From assembly GCA_964437095.1 (NCBI GenBank), contig CAYTFH010000002.1:14627-78626 (forward strand): DNA of 64,000 bases, read 5' to 3'. The position numbers were made by a program, and so were the translations under genes. The notes under the pieces were generated by a model, which saw only the letters and a list, made by a program, of their open reading frames with translations, was not told the origin of the DNA and did not search any database. Below, in pieces: positions 1 through 9,789 of this stretch (within the stretch, counting starts at the first letter, position 1; the number at the start of each line of letters is the position of its first letter). The stretch comes from an uncultured bacterium. GTDB lineage: Bacteria; Sysuimicrobiota; Sysuimicrobiia; Sysuimicrobiales; Sysuimicrobiaceae.

Positions 1-581
1 TCGATCTTGGGGCTCCGGAACGCCCGCTCCTGCAGGATCCGGCTGGCGCGTAGCTGGTCTCGGCGGTGCACCACCCGCACGGACTCCGCCAGGTTGGCCA
101 GGTACAGGGCCTCCTCCATGGCCGTGTCGCCTCCGCCCACCACCACCACCCGCTTGCCCCGGAAGAAGAAGCCGTCGCAGGTGGCGCACGTGCTGACTCC
201 CCTGCCCATGTACTTGGCTTCCGAGGGGAGGCCCAGCATCCGGGCCCGGGCGCCCGTAGCCACGATCACCGCCCGGGCCTCGTACACCTCACCGCTGGCG
301 GCTTGGATCCGGAAGGGCCGGCTGCGGAAGTCCACCGCCACCGCGTCCTCCGCCACGAACTCCGCCCCCACCCGCTCCGCCTGCCTGCGCATCTGCTGCA
401 TGAGCTCGGGTCCCAGGATGGGCTCCGCGAACCCCGGGTAGTTTTCCACCTCCGTGGTGAGCATGAGCTGGCCGCCGGGCTGGGAGCCCTCCAGGACCAG
501 GGGGTGCAGGTTCGCTCGGGCGGTGTAGATGGCCGCGGTCAGGCCCGCGGGCCCGGAGCCCAGGATCACCACGTCACGCAC
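1..581 (-). CDS. trxB: thioredoxin-disulfide reductase, partial (C-terminus beyond window start)
   Basis: Minus-strand translation reads [25 protein letters not shown]...[34 protein letters not shown], giving the FAD-binding GSGPAG, redox CATC and NADPH-binding GGGDTA motifs. GTG start at 581 sits 6 nt after GAGGAGG. Confidence 0.85.
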   Translation of the reverse strand, partial: MRDVVILGSGPAGLTAAIYTARANLHPLVLEGSQPGGQLMLTTEVENYPGFAEPILGPELMQQMRRQAERVGAEFVAEDAVAVDFRSRPFRIQAASGEVYEARAVIVATGARARMLGLPSEAKYMGRGVSTCATCDGFFFRGKRVVVVGGGDTAMEEALYLANLAESVRVVHRRDQLRASRILQERAFRSPKI

Positions 582-768
582 GGTCTGCCTCCTCGGCTTG
601 CTCGGCCGACTTCCTCAGAGAAAACGCCCGTAGGTCGTCCAGGGATTCCCCGGCCGGGGTATATAGCTAGTGTAAGAAAGAGGGCCGTGCCCCGGGAAGG
701 CTGGGGAGGGACGGGACCGGGGTCCCGAACACACCGCCAGCGGGCCTCGGGCCGGTGGAGGAGCCGGG

Positions 769-1566
769 ATGGTGAACGCACGGTTCCGCACCGACGTGGA
801 CTACTACGAGGTGCTGCAGGTGCACCCCAGCGCCCACCCCGTGGTCATCCGCAAAGTCTACCACGTCCTCATGCTAGACCTGAAGCACCACCCAGACTTG
901 GGCGGGGACGTGGAACGGGCCCAGCTCATCAACGAGGCCTTCGCGGTGCTCTCCGACCCGCAGCGGCGCCAGGAGTACGACCGGTTCCGGGCGGAAGTTG
1001 GCCTCCATACCGAGTCGCCGGGCTCTCCCCGTACCGCCCCGGAGCAGGCCGCGGACCCGGAGGTGCACACGCGGCTGTGGGAGCAGCTGCAGGAGGGCCT
1101 GGCGGCCCTGTCCGCGTGGCCGCCCCGCAAGACCCCGCCGCCCTTCTGCCGGGGCCGGGTGGCGGCGGTGGAAGCGGGGCCTCTGGCCCGGGTGTGTGGG
1201 TTCCGCTACACGGGCTCCATCCGCTCCGCCCAGGAGAAGCTCGGGGAGGAACTGGACGTCCGCACGTACGCGCAGCCGTCCGGGGAGCTGCGCATGGTAG
1301 TGGTGTCCGCGCGAGGGACCGTGGTGGCCGGCATGCTGTGCGGGGTCGCTACGGCCGTGGGGCGCGCCGAGGTGCTGCGCGCCTTCACCACGGAGGTAAC
1401 CGGAGGGGAGGTGGACCCGGAAGCGGTGATGCGGCTCCTGCACGCGGTGGAGTACCTGGACTCCGGCGACCGCCGGCGCAGGACCCGGGCCTTGGACCTG
1501 TGGCTCGCGTGCGCCACCCGGGACCCAGAGGGCGCGTGCTTGGTCCTCGCGGCGTACCCCCTTTAG
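769..1566 (+). CDS. J-domain protein (DnaJ N-terminal domain only) with an uncharacterised C-terminal region
   Basis: N-terminal DYYEVLQV...IRKVYHVL...HPD...INEAFAVLSDPQRRQEYD is a canonical J domain with the HPD tripeptide. There is no Gly/Phe or zinc-finger region and the C-terminal 190 aa are unknown. Confidence 0.6.
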   Translation: MVNARFRTDVDYYEVLQVHPSAHPVVIRKVYHVLMLDLKHHPDLGGDVERAQLINEAFAVLSDPQRRQEYDRFRAEVGLHTESPGSPRTAPEQAADPEVHTRLWEQLQEGLAALSAWPPRKTPPPFCRGRVAAVEAGPLARVCGFRYTGSIRSAQEKLGEELDVRTYAQPSGELRMVVVSARGTVVAGMLCGVATAVGRAEVLRAFTTEVTGGEVDPEAVMRLLHAVEYLDSGDRRRRTRALDLWLACATRDPEGACLVLAAYPL

Positions 1567-1622
1567 GACACCCGTGGCCCTCACCGCACCGCCTTGGTCT
1601 CCCCTGAGGTGGCCGGTGGGGC

Positions 1623-2762
1623 GTGGGTCCCTGTGACGTGAAGAAAGCCCCCTCGAACTCGCGGGGAGCCCTCTGGGAGGTGGCCCTGGTGTTCCTCAAG
1701 CTGGGGGCCGTGGGGTTCGGGGGGCCCGCGGCCCACATCGCCCTGATGCACCGGGAGGTGGTGCGGCGTCGAGGGTGGGTGTCGGAGGGGGAGTTCCTGG
1801 ACCTGGTAGGCGCGGTCAACCTCATCCCGGGCCCCAACTCCACGGAGCTGGCCATCCACCTCGGCTACCGGAGGGCGGGATGGCCGGGCCTGGCGGTGGC
1901 GGGCGCGTGCTTCATCCTGCCTGCGTTCCTGGCGGTGCTGGGATGCGCGTGGGCGTACGTCCGGTACGGCCGGCTGCCGCAGGTGGCGTCCCTGCTGTAC
2001 GGGGTCAAGCCCGCGGTGGTGGCCCTGGTGGCCCTGGCGGTTTGGGGGCTGGGCCGCAGCGCGCTGAAGAACCGCCTGACTCAGGGGGTGGCGGCGGCGG
2101 TGCTCGCCCTGTGGTGGCTGGGAGTGCACGAGCTGGCGTTGCTGCTTGCCTCAGGCCTGGTCGTGGCGGTGGTGCGAGGGCATTCCGCGGGGGTGGTCGC
2201 GCTGGTGGCGGCCTCCGTACCCGCCGCAGCCGCCGCCTCGCCGTTCCAGCTGAGCACCCTGTTCTTCACCTTCCTGAAGATCGGGTCGGTGCTGTTCGGC
2301 AGCGGGTACGTGCTCCTCGCGTTCCTGCACGCGGACTTCGTGGTGCGCCTGGGATGGCTCACGGATGCGCAGCTCCTGGACGCGGTGGCCGTGGGGCAGG
2401 TGACCCCGGGCCCGGTGTTCACCACCGCCACCTTCGTGGGCTACGTCCTGGACGGATTTCGCGGCGCGGCGGCGGCCACCGCGGGGATCTTCCTCCCCGC
2501 CTTCGTGTTCGTGGCCCTCTCCCACCCCCTGCTGCCGCGGCTGCGGGCGTCACCCGTGGCCTCCAGCTTCTTGGATGGGGTGGTGGCGGCATCGTGGGCG
2601 TTGATGGCCGGCGTGGCCGTGCGGCTGGCGCTGGGCTCCGTGGTGGACGGCTTCACCGCCGCGGTGGCCCTGGTGGCCCTGGGGTTGTTCTGGCGCGGGG
2701 TCAACTCTGCCGCGGTGGTGCTGGGCGCGGCCCTGGCGGGCGTGTTGGTGCGGGGTCTGTGA
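1623..2762 (+). CDS. chrA: chromate transporter ChrA (two fused CHR halves)
   Basis: FGGPAAHIALMHREVV and LIPGPNSTELAIHLGY motifs in the first half, with a repeated homologous half (FLKIGSVLFGSGYVLLAFL...GQVTPGPVFTTATFVGY). Confidence 0.75.
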   Translation: MGPCDVKKAPSNSRGALWEVALVFLKLGAVGFGGPAAHIALMHREVVRRRGWVSEGEFLDLVGAVNLIPGPNSTELAIHLGYRRAGWPGLAVAGACFILPAFLAVLGCAWAYVRYGRLPQVASLLYGVKPAVVALVALAVWGLGRSALKNRLTQGVAAAVLALWWLGVHELALLLASGLVVAVVRGHSAGVVALVAASVPAAAAASPFQLSTLFFTFLKIGSVLFGSGYVLLAFLHADFVVRLGWLTDAQLLDAVAVGQVTPGPVFTTATFVGYVLDGFRGAAAATAGIFLPAFVFVALSHPLLPRLRASPVASSFLDGVVAASWALMAGVAVRLALGSVVDGFTAAVALVALGLFWRGVNSAAVVLGAALAGVLVRGL

Positions 2763-2894
2763 CGCCGCTCGGCGTCGGTTGAGCTGCGTCGGGGGCCGGG
2801 GTACTGTAAAAGCGCGGTTCCGATCAGGCATGCGACCACCCACCGGATCCCCTGCGAGCCGGCGTCGCCCCCGCGGTCCCGAGGAGGTGCTGCG

Positions 2895-4943
2895 GTGAGC
2901 GAGCTGGGTACGTTCGCCGCGGGCACGGCGCTGCTGGCCTGCGTCTACGCCGCGGTGGCGGCGGGGCTCGGCGCGCACCGCGGGAGCTCCCTGTGGGCGG
3001 AGAGCGGTTATCGGGCCCTGTGGGCGGCTGCAGGGTTGCTCACGGTGTGCGTGGCCGTGCTGGTCCACGCCCTGGTGACCCACGACTTCCGGGTGGCGTA
3101 CGTGGTCCGCAACAGCAGCCTGAGCACCCCGCTCCTGTACCGCCTCAGCGCCCTGTGGGGAGCCCAGGCGGGCTCTTTGCTGTTCTGGAGCTGGATGATG
3201 GCAGCGGTGGCCTGCCTGGCCCTGCGCGGCCAGCGGCGGGCCGACCCACAGCGGGCGGGGTGGGCCAACGCGGTGCTGGCCGCGGTGCTGGCCTTCTTCG
3301 TGTTCCTGGTGGTGGTGGAGCGTCCGTTCCGCACCTTGGCCTTCGCGCCCGCGGACGGCCGTGGGCTCATGCCCTTGCTGGAGGACCCCGGGATGGTCCT
3401 CCACCCGCCCCTCCTGTACTTGGGCCTCGTGGGGCTGAGCGTGCCGTACAGCTTCGCCATGGCAGCGTTGATCACGGGCCGGCTGGACGCGGGGTGGATT
3501 ACCGCCACCCGCACGTGGACGGTGGTGAGCTGGCTCAGCCTGGGGGCGGGGCTGGTGGTGGGCGGGTGGTGGGCGTACCGCACCCTGGGCTGGGGCGGGT
3601 ACTGGGGCTGGGACCCGGTGGAGAACGCGGCCCTGGTGCCCTGGCTGGTGTCCACCGCGTACCTGCACTCCGCGGTGGTTCAGGAACGGCGCGGGGCGTT
3701 CGCCGCGTGGAATCTAGCGCTGGTGGTCCTGAGCTTCGCCACCGCGGTCCTCGGCAGCTTCCTCACCCGCACGGGCCTGGTGGCGTCGGTGCACAGCTTC
3801 GCCCGTTCGGAGATCGGCCCGTACTTCCTCGGCTTCGTGGCGGTCCTGCTGGCGGGGTCTCTCGCGCTGGTGGTCTGGCGGTGGGACCAGCTGCGGGGCG
3901 GCCGCCCCGTGGAGGACCTGGTCTCCAGGGAAGGGGCCTTCCTGTTCAACAACGTGCTGTTCTTGAGCTTCGCGGGCGCGGTGCTGGTGGGGACCCTGTA
4001 TCCCTTGGGCGTGCAGGCGGCGGGAGGACCCGAGGTGTTCGTGGGCCCGCCCTACTACCACGCGGTGGCCGCGCCCTGGGGAGTGGCACTCCTGGTGCTC
4101 ATGGGCGTGGCGGTGCTGTTGCCGTGGCGCGGCGCGGGCACCCGCGCGCTGGTGCGCTTCCGGTACCCCGTGTTCTTCGCTCTGCTGGTGGCCTCGGCCG
4201 TGGGGGTGCTGTGGCGCCGGCCGGGGGTGGTGGCGGCCCTGGCGGCGGTGAGCTTCGCCCTGGCGGCCACGGTGCAGGCGTTCCACGGCGCGGGCAGGTC
4301 CGGCGCGCAGGCGGGCCGCGGGTACTGGCAAGGGCTGACGGACGCCTTTTGCGGACAGCGCCGGCGCTACGGCGGCTACGTGGTGCACCTCGGGGTGCTG
4401 GTCATGGCCGTGGGCATCGTGGGCAGCCACGCCTACGTGCAGGAGCGCGAGGTGACCGTGCGGCCGGGGCAGTCCTTCACCCTGAGCCGGTACGTGCTCA
4501 CCCACCGCGGGCTGCAGCTCGGTGCGACCGCGTTGGCGGACCTCACCCGGGCCTCCGTGGAGCTGCGGGAGGGCGACAAGGTGACCGTGCTGCAGCCCGT
4601 CCGCACGTTCTACCCGAGGTGGGGGCAGGTGGTGACCCGGCCCGCGGTGCGGTCCACCCTGCGGGACGACGTGTACGTGGTGCTGTGGGCGTTCAGGCCC
4701 GACGGCTCCGCGACCCTCCGGGCGTGGGTGAACCCCTTGGTGCGGTGGGTGTGGCTGGGCGCGTGGCTGGCCGGGCTCGGAGCGGTGGTGACCCTGTGGC
4801 CGCAGGGGCGGCGTGGGCGGATCCTGCCCACGGTGGGACGCTGGCCCGTGGACCGGAGGATCCCGCAGGACGGCCACCGGGAGCGCGCCGGCCGGGAAGT
4901 GCTGCGGGTGCTGCGGGGCCCGCGGGAGGGAAGGGTGCGTTGA
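2895..4943 (+). CDS. ccmF: cytochrome c-type biogenesis heme lyase CcmF (System I)
   Basis: 682-aa polytopic protein with VVRNSSLSTPLLYRLSALWGAQAGSLLFW (CcmF WWD-type region). GTG start 5 nt after GGAGG. Confidence 0.8.
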   Translation: MSELGTFAAGTALLACVYAAVAAGLGAHRGSSLWAESGYRALWAAAGLLTVCVAVLVHALVTHDFRVAYVVRNSSLSTPLLYRLSALWGAQAGSLLFWSWMMAAVACLALRGQRRADPQRAGWANAVLAAVLAFFVFLVVVERPFRTLAFAPADGRGLMPLLEDPGMVLHPPLLYLGLVGLSVPYSFAMAALITGRLDAGWITATRTWTVVSWLSLGAGLVVGGWWAYRTLGWGGYWGWDPVENAALVPWLVSTAYLHSAVVQERRGAFAAWNLALVVLSFATAVLGSFLTRTGLVASVHSFARSEIGPYFLGFVAVLLAGSLALVVWRWDQLRGGRPVEDLVSREGAFLFNNVLFLSFAGAVLVGTLYPLGVQAAGGPEVFVGPPYYHAVAAPWGVALLVLMGVAVLLPWRGAGTRALVRFRYPVFFALLVASAVGVLWRRPGVVAALAAVSFALAATVQAFHGAGRSGAQAGRGYWQGLTDAFCGQRRRYGGYVVHLGVLVMAVGIVGSHAYVQEREVTVRPGQSFTLSRYVLTHRGLQLGATALADLTRASVELREGDKVTVLQPVRTFYPRWGQVVTRPAVRSTLRDDVYVVLWAFRPDGSATLRAWVNPLVRWVWLGAWLAGLGAVVTLWPQGRRGRILPTVGRWPVDRRIPQDGHRERAGREVLRVLRGPREGRVR

Positions 4944-5338
4944 GGCTCCTGGCGGCGTGGCTTTTGGTGGTGGCGGCGTGCGGGGTCGCCTTGGCTTCCC
5001 CGGACCTGGACCAGCGGGTGCGGGCGGTGGCCTCGCGCCTCATGTGTCCGGTGTGTGAAGGGCGCACCGTGGCGGACTCCACCTCGGACCTGGCCGCGCA
5101 GATGCGGGCGGTGATCCGGGAGAAGCTGGCGCGGGGGGAGTCGGAGGACGCGGTGGTGGCGTACTTCGTGGAGCGCTACGGTCCGTCGGTGCTGGCCACT
5201 CCGCCCGCGGCCGGGTGGGGCTGGGTGCTGTGGCTCGCTCCGGCAGTACTGGCAGCCGGGGGAGCGGGTTACGTGGTGTACCGGTTCGGCCGGCGCAGCC
5301 CGTATCCGTGGGCGACCGACGGAGAGGGAGACGGTTAG
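4940..5338 (+). CDS. ccmH: cytochrome c-type biogenesis protein CcmH/CycL
   Basis: Signal-like N-terminus followed by the LMCPVCEGRTVADSTSDLAAQMR CxxC motif and a C-terminal transmembrane helix. A TTG start overlaps the ccmF stop; start is uncertain. Confidence 0.65.
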   Translation: MRLLAAWLLVVAACGVALASPDLDQRVRAVASRLMCPVCEGRTVADSTSDLAAQMRAVIREKLARGESEDAVVAYFVERYGPSVLATPPAAGWGWVLWLAPAVLAAGGAGYVVYRFGRRSPYPWATDGEGDG

Positions 5339-5341
5339 CGC

Positions 5342-6310
5342 GTGGAAGCGTCCAAGCCCTCCGGACACGCACCGGCCGGACCTGACGTCCGCCACCTCGT
5401 CGGTGCCCTGCTCGGCGCTGCCTCCTTCCTGCTCCTGGCGGCGCCCGCCCTGGCCCTTCCCGTGCAGGGCCGGGTGGTCCACGGCGAGACGGGCCGGCCG
5501 GTGGCGGGCCTGGAGGTGCGGGTGGTGGGTATGCAGACCGGGCAGCCTCCGGTGGAGGTGGCCACCCGCACCGACCGGACCGGCTCCTTCCGGGTGGAGG
5601 TGGAGCCTGTTCGTAGGACGTACGTGGTGCAGGCCATCTACCAGGGCGTGGTATACACCTCGGGCCCCCACGCCGCGGGCCGGGGAGGTCTCGTGGTCCG
5701 GCTCGTGGTCTTCGAGGCCACGCGCCAGCCTCCAGCGCTCGCCTTGCGCCGCCGGGCCCTGCTGTTGGACCTGCAAGGCCCGTGGTTTTTGGTTCGGGAG
5801 GCGGTGGTGGTGTACAACCCCGGCCTCCGGACCTACGTGGGCGGTCAGGGCACGGCGGGCACGTGGCGGGTGCCGCTGCTGAGGGGGGCGGAGGACGTGC
5901 GGGTGGTGCGGGGGATGGTGCCTGCAGGCGTAGACCCGGACGGGGCGCTGGTGGACACCCTACCGGTGGTGCCCGGAGAGAGAACCGCGGTGCTGGCCTA
6001 CAGGGTGCGGGCCCGCGGCCCCTCACTCCTGGAACTCCCGCTGGGCTTGCCCACGGCCGCTTTGGACGTTTTCGTGACGGAGCCCCTGCGGGTGCGGTCC
6101 AAGGCCCTGGTCACCCGCGCAACACGGGTGGTGGAGGGCCAGAGGGTGACCTGGCATCACGCGGAGGGACTTGGCGGGGACGCGGTGGTGGCCATGGAGG
6201 TGGACGGCGTCCCTCCGCTGTCTAGGGGCATCCCCGTCGCCCTGGCCTCCCTGCTGGCGGTAGCGACGTGTGGCTTCGTGGCCTGGCCCTGGCTGAGGCG
6301 GCGCGGTTGA
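5342..6310 (+). CDS. hypothetical secreted, membrane-anchored protein (beta-sandwich, carboxypeptidase-regulatory-like repeats)
   Basis: ORF with a signal-peptide-like LVGALLGAASFLLLAAPALA, RVVHGETGRPVAGLEVRVVG...TGSFRVEV repeats and a C-terminal hydrophobic anchor. Immediately downstream of ccmFH. Start uncertain. Confidence 0.4.
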   Translation: MEASKPSGHAPAGPDVRHLVGALLGAASFLLLAAPALALPVQGRVVHGETGRPVAGLEVRVVGMQTGQPPVEVATRTDRTGSFRVEVEPVRRTYVVQAIYQGVVYTSGPHAAGRGGLVVRLVVFEATRQPPALALRRRALLLDLQGPWFLVREAVVVYNPGLRTYVGGQGTAGTWRVPLLRGAEDVRVVRGMVPAGVDPDGALVDTLPVVPGERTAVLAYRVRARGPSLLELPLGLPTAALDVFVTEPLRVRSKALVTRATRVVEGQRVTWHHAEGLGGDAVVAMEVDGVPPLSRGIPVALASLLAVATCGFVAWPWLRRRG

Positions 6311-6539
6311 TCTCCTCGGGCCAGCGTTTTACACTGCTACCGGTATGAGGGGTTCGCAGGACCTCCTGTTCGCGCCGCGGCAGTGCATCTGTCCTCGGCG
6401 GGGGCACGGGTGTGGCGCCTGCCACGCTGGCCCCCGCGTCGCCTGACCGCGCGCGGCCGTCCTCTCCCACAGCACCACCGCGTCCACCACAACTCCCGAC
6501 CGCGCGCCGGATCCCTGGACCAACGAGGAGGTGGTCTGG

Positions 6540-7610
6540 ATGCAGGGCGAACCAAGGCCGTCTGCTTTGGACTGCTGCCACGAGCTGTCCCGCGAGGAGC
6601 GCGAGGTCTTGCCCCGACGGCGGTTCCTGGCTTGGTTGGTGGCCGCGGGCCTGGCGGGGTGGATGGGCGTGCTTCGGCCGGCCCGGGCGCAGGGCCGCCG
6701 GCGGGTCCGGCTGGGCTTCTGCGGGCAGCTGCTGTGCGTGGTGCCCTACGAGGTGGCGCGCCACCACGGGTACTTCGCGGAGCAAGGGCTGGACGTGGAG
6801 CTGGTGTACTTCCGGGGCGGGGCCGCGGCCATGCAGGCCCTGGTGGGCGGGGCCGTGGACTACGCGGCCACGTCCTTCGACGTGGCGCTGTCCGCCTACG
6901 CCCGGGGCGCGCGCATCGTGCGGTTCTTCACCACCGGGCGGCTGCCCCTGTTCGCCCTGGTCACGGCACCCGGACAAGCGGGCCGCATCCGGCAGCTGGC
7001 CGACCTCGCAGGGCGCACCGTGGGGATCTCGGGGCTGGGCAACGCGGACCACGTGCTGGCCGTGTACCTCGCGCGCCGGGCGGGTGTGGACCCCCAGCAA
7101 GTGCGGTTCGCGGTGCTGGGGCCGAGCCTGTACGACGCCCTGCGGTTGGGGCACGTGGACGCGGGCATGGTACAGGAACCTGCCCTCACCCTACTGGTCC
7201 GCGCAGGAGGCAGGGTGCTGGCCAACCTCATGGACCTCAAGCAAGCCGAGCGGTGGCTGGGTGGCCCCTACGAGTTCATGGGGGTGGCGGTGCGCCGGGA
7301 CGAGTGGCAGGCTCGGGAGCCCGAGATGCGCGCCCTCGCCCGGGCGCTGAGCCGCGCCCTGCGGCTGGTACACTACGGAACGCCCAAGCTGGTGGTGCAG
7401 GCCCTGCCGCCCGAGCTGGTGGCGGGCGGCGACCGCGGGCTGTTCGAGGAGGTCCTGGCGCGCCACCGCAGGTCCCTGTACCCGCAGTCGGGCCGCATCG
7501 ACCTGGCGGCGGTGCGGCGCGTGGCGGAGCTGCAGGAGCAGGCGGGCGTGCTCGCGAGGGCCGTGGATCCCACGGAGCTGGTGACCAACGCCATCGTGGA
7601 GGGGCTGTGA
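6540..7610 (+). CDS. ABC transporter substrate-binding protein, NitT/TauT (SsuA/ThiY/NMT1-like) family, Tat signal
   Basis: RRRFLAWLVAAGLAG twin-arginine signal and NMT1/SsuA-like fold motifs. ATG is 8 nt after GAGGAGG. Confidence 0.7.
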   Translation: MQGEPRPSALDCCHELSREEREVLPRRRFLAWLVAAGLAGWMGVLRPARAQGRRRVRLGFCGQLLCVVPYEVARHHGYFAEQGLDVELVYFRGGAAAMQALVGGAVDYAATSFDVALSAYARGARIVRFFTTGRLPLFALVTAPGQAGRIRQLADLAGRTVGISGLGNADHVLAVYLARRAGVDPQQVRFAVLGPSLYDALRLGHVDAGMVQEPALTLLVRAGGRVLANLMDLKQAERWLGGPYEFMGVAVRRDEWQAREPEMRALARALSRALRLVHYGTPKLVVQALPPELVAGGDRGLFEEVLARHRRSLYPQSGRIDLAAVRRVAELQEQAGVLARAVDPTELVTNAIVEGL

Positions 7611-8386
7611 GCGCCCTGGCGGTGCGGGGTCTGCGGGTCCGCTACGGCGCGCACCGGGTGCTGGACGGGGTCGACCTGGAGGTGGAGCAGGGCGAGTTCG
7701 TGGGCCTGGTGGGGCCGTCGGGCTGCGGCAAGAGCACCCTGCTCCGGTGCGTGGCGGGCCTCGTGGAGCCTGAAGCAGGAGTGATCGAGGTGCTGGGCCG
7801 GCCCGTGCGCGGGCCCCAGCCGGAGGTGGGCATCCTGTTCCAGGACGACGCCTTGCTGCCGTGGAGGACCGCCGGGGAGAACGTGGCCTTGCCCTTGCGG
7901 TTCCGCGGGCGGTCGGGCCGGGAAGCCCGCGAAGAGGCGGAGGCTTGGCTAAAGCGGGTGGGCCTCGAGGGGTACGGGGACCACTACCCGTCGGAGCTGT
8001 CGGGCGGCATGCGCAAGCGGGTGGCCCTGGCGCAGGTGCTGGCCGCCCGCCCGCGGGTGCTGCTCATGGACGAGCCCTTCGCCAGCGTGGACGCCATCGT
8101 CCGGCACTTGCTGGAGGTGGACCTGCTGCGGCTGGTGGAGGAGGCGGGAACGTCCGTGCTGCTGGTGACCCACGAGCTGGAGGAAGCCATCAGCATGGCG
8201 GACCGCGTAGCGGTGCTGTCCGCGGGCCCTGCCGCGCGGATCGTGGACGTGTACCGGGTGCCCTTCGGCCGTCCCAGGGACCCCGTGGCGGTGCGGGCGG
8301 ATCCCGGCTTCGGCCCCCTGGTGGAGACCGTGTGGCACACTTTGCGGGCGGAGGTGGCCCGCATGGGCTGGGAGCTCACCGCATGA
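7607..8386 (+). CDS. ABC transporter ATP-binding protein (NitT/TauT family)
   Basis: Walker A GPSGCGKST, signature LSGGMRKRV and Walker B LLMDEPF. GTG start overlaps the upstream stop. Confidence 0.85.
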   Translation: MSALAVRGLRVRYGAHRVLDGVDLEVEQGEFVGLVGPSGCGKSTLLRCVAGLVEPEAGVIEVLGRPVRGPQPEVGILFQDDALLPWRTAGENVALPLRFRGRSGREAREEAEAWLKRVGLEGYGDHYPSELSGGMRKRVALAQVLAARPRVLLMDEPFASVDAIVRHLLEVDLLRLVEEAGTSVLLVTHELEEAISMADRVAVLSAGPAARIVDVYRVPFGRPRDPVAVRADPGFGPLVETVWHTLRAEVARMGWELTA

Positions 8387-9186
8387 GCCGGCTGGTGGCG
8401 GGCGTGCTGTTGCTCGGAAGCTGGGAGCTGGCCTCCCGGCTGCGGTGGCTGGACCCGTTCCTGTTCCCCTCGCCGAGCGCGGTGGGCTGGGTGCTGTACG
8501 AGCTGGCCCGTACGGGACAGGTCTGGGGGCACCTGAGGGTCACGGTGTGGGAAGCGGTGGCGGGCCTGGGGCTGGGTACCGCGGTGGGGGCGGTTCTGGG
8601 GTTGGTGTGCGCCACCTTCCGGCCCTTGGCGCAGGTGGTGGAGCCCGCCATGGCGCTGCTCAACGCCGTCCCCCGGGTGATCCTGGCACCCCTGTTCGTC
8701 ATCTGGTTCGGCATCGGCGCGGCCTCCAAGGTGGCCCTGAGCTTCCTGCTGGTCATGGTGGTGATGTTCTTCGCCACGTACTCCGGCATCCGGGAGGTGG
8801 ACCCCCGGTTGGTGGAGCGCATCCGCACCCTGGGCGGCGGACGGCGGGAGGTGGTGCGGGAGGTGCACGTCCCTTCCGTGACCGCCTGGGTGGCCAGCGG
8901 CCTGAAGGTGGCGGTGGGGTTCGCGTTTACCGGCGCGGTGGTGGGGGAGTTCGTGGCCTCCAGCCAGGGCCTGGGCTACCTCCTATCCTTCGCGCAGAGC
9001 ACGTACAACGCGCCCCTCACCCTGGCCCTCATCGCTTTGGTGGTGGGGGTCATCCTCCTGCTGTTCTACGCCTTCGGGCGGCTGGAACGGTGGTGGCTGC
9101 GGTGGAAGCCGCAGTACCGAGGTGCCCGCCGCCCTGGCCCGCAGGCGGCGGGCCCTGCGGTTCAGCCTGCGGAGCAGTCGCCGTAG
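8383..9186 (+). CDS. ABC transporter permease (NitT/TauT family)
   Basis: Six-TM BPD-transporter permease. ATG overlaps the upstream TGA (ATGA). Confidence 0.8.
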   Translation: MSRLVAGVLLLGSWELASRLRWLDPFLFPSPSAVGWVLYELARTGQVWGHLRVTVWEAVAGLGLGTAVGAVLGLVCATFRPLAQVVEPAMALLNAVPRVILAPLFVIWFGIGAASKVALSFLLVMVVMFFATYSGIREVDPRLVERIRTLGGGRREVVREVHVPSVTAWVASGLKVAVGFAFTGAVVGEFVASSQGLGYLLSFAQSTYNAPLTLALIALVVGVILLLFYAFGRLERWWLRWKPQYRGARRPGPQAAGPAVQPAEQSP

Positions 9187-9226
9187 GAAAGGCGGGGGGC
9201 CGAACGCCCCCGCCACGGGCCGCGGC

Positions 9227-9727
9227 TCACGCCTGGACCGCCTGCTGGCCGCTGCGCAGGCCGAGGACGCCCGCCAGCAGCACCGCCAGCACCACGCCCC
9301 AGGCCAGCACCGGCTCCGCGGGCAACCGCAGCCCCAGCACAGGTTCCAGGGCGTACGCGCCCGGCCCCGCCAGGGCCACGGCCACGGCTGCCGCGCTGGC
9401 TATCAGCGGGTACTCATACCCGCCGTTCTGCACCCACAGCCCGTTCCGGGCGTGGACCAGCGCGATGGCCACGGCCATGACGGCCACCATCAGCACCGCG
9501 GCCACGGGCACCAGCAGGCCGAGGGCCAGCAGAGCACCGCCCACGAACTTTGCGAGCCCGGCCGCAAGCGCCCACAGCCGCCCGGGCCGCAGCCCGAGCT
9601 GCTCCATCCACGCCCCGGTCTTGCCGAGGCCGTCGCCGCCGAACCAGCCGAACAGCTTCTGGGCCCCGTGCCCGACGAACAGGAGCCCGAGGACGGCACG
9701 AGGGATCAACAAGCCCAGGTCCAGCAT
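9227..9727 (-). CDS. DoxX family membrane protein
   Basis: RAVLGLLFVGHGAQKLFGWFGG DoxX signature. Four predicted TMs. Confidence 0.7.
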   Translation of the reverse strand: MLDLGLLIPRAVLGLLFVGHGAQKLFGWFGGDGLGKTGAWMEQLGLRPGRLWALAAGLAKFVGGALLALGLLVPVAAVLMVAVMAVAIALVHARNGLWVQNGGYEYPLIASAAAVAVALAGPGAYALEPVLGLRLPAEPVLAWGVVLAVLLAGVLGLRSGQQAVQA

Positions 9728-9789
9728 CGACCTCACCCCCTTTCGTCGTCACGGGTGGCGGGGTGGGAAGCACCGCCCCGCCGCGAGGA

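Noticed and set aside
6311-6539. A TPP riboswitch ahead of the ThiY-like binding protein.
   Set aside because: No CUGAGA or ACCUGAUCUGGAUAAUGCCAGCGUAGGGAA-like core was found by eye.
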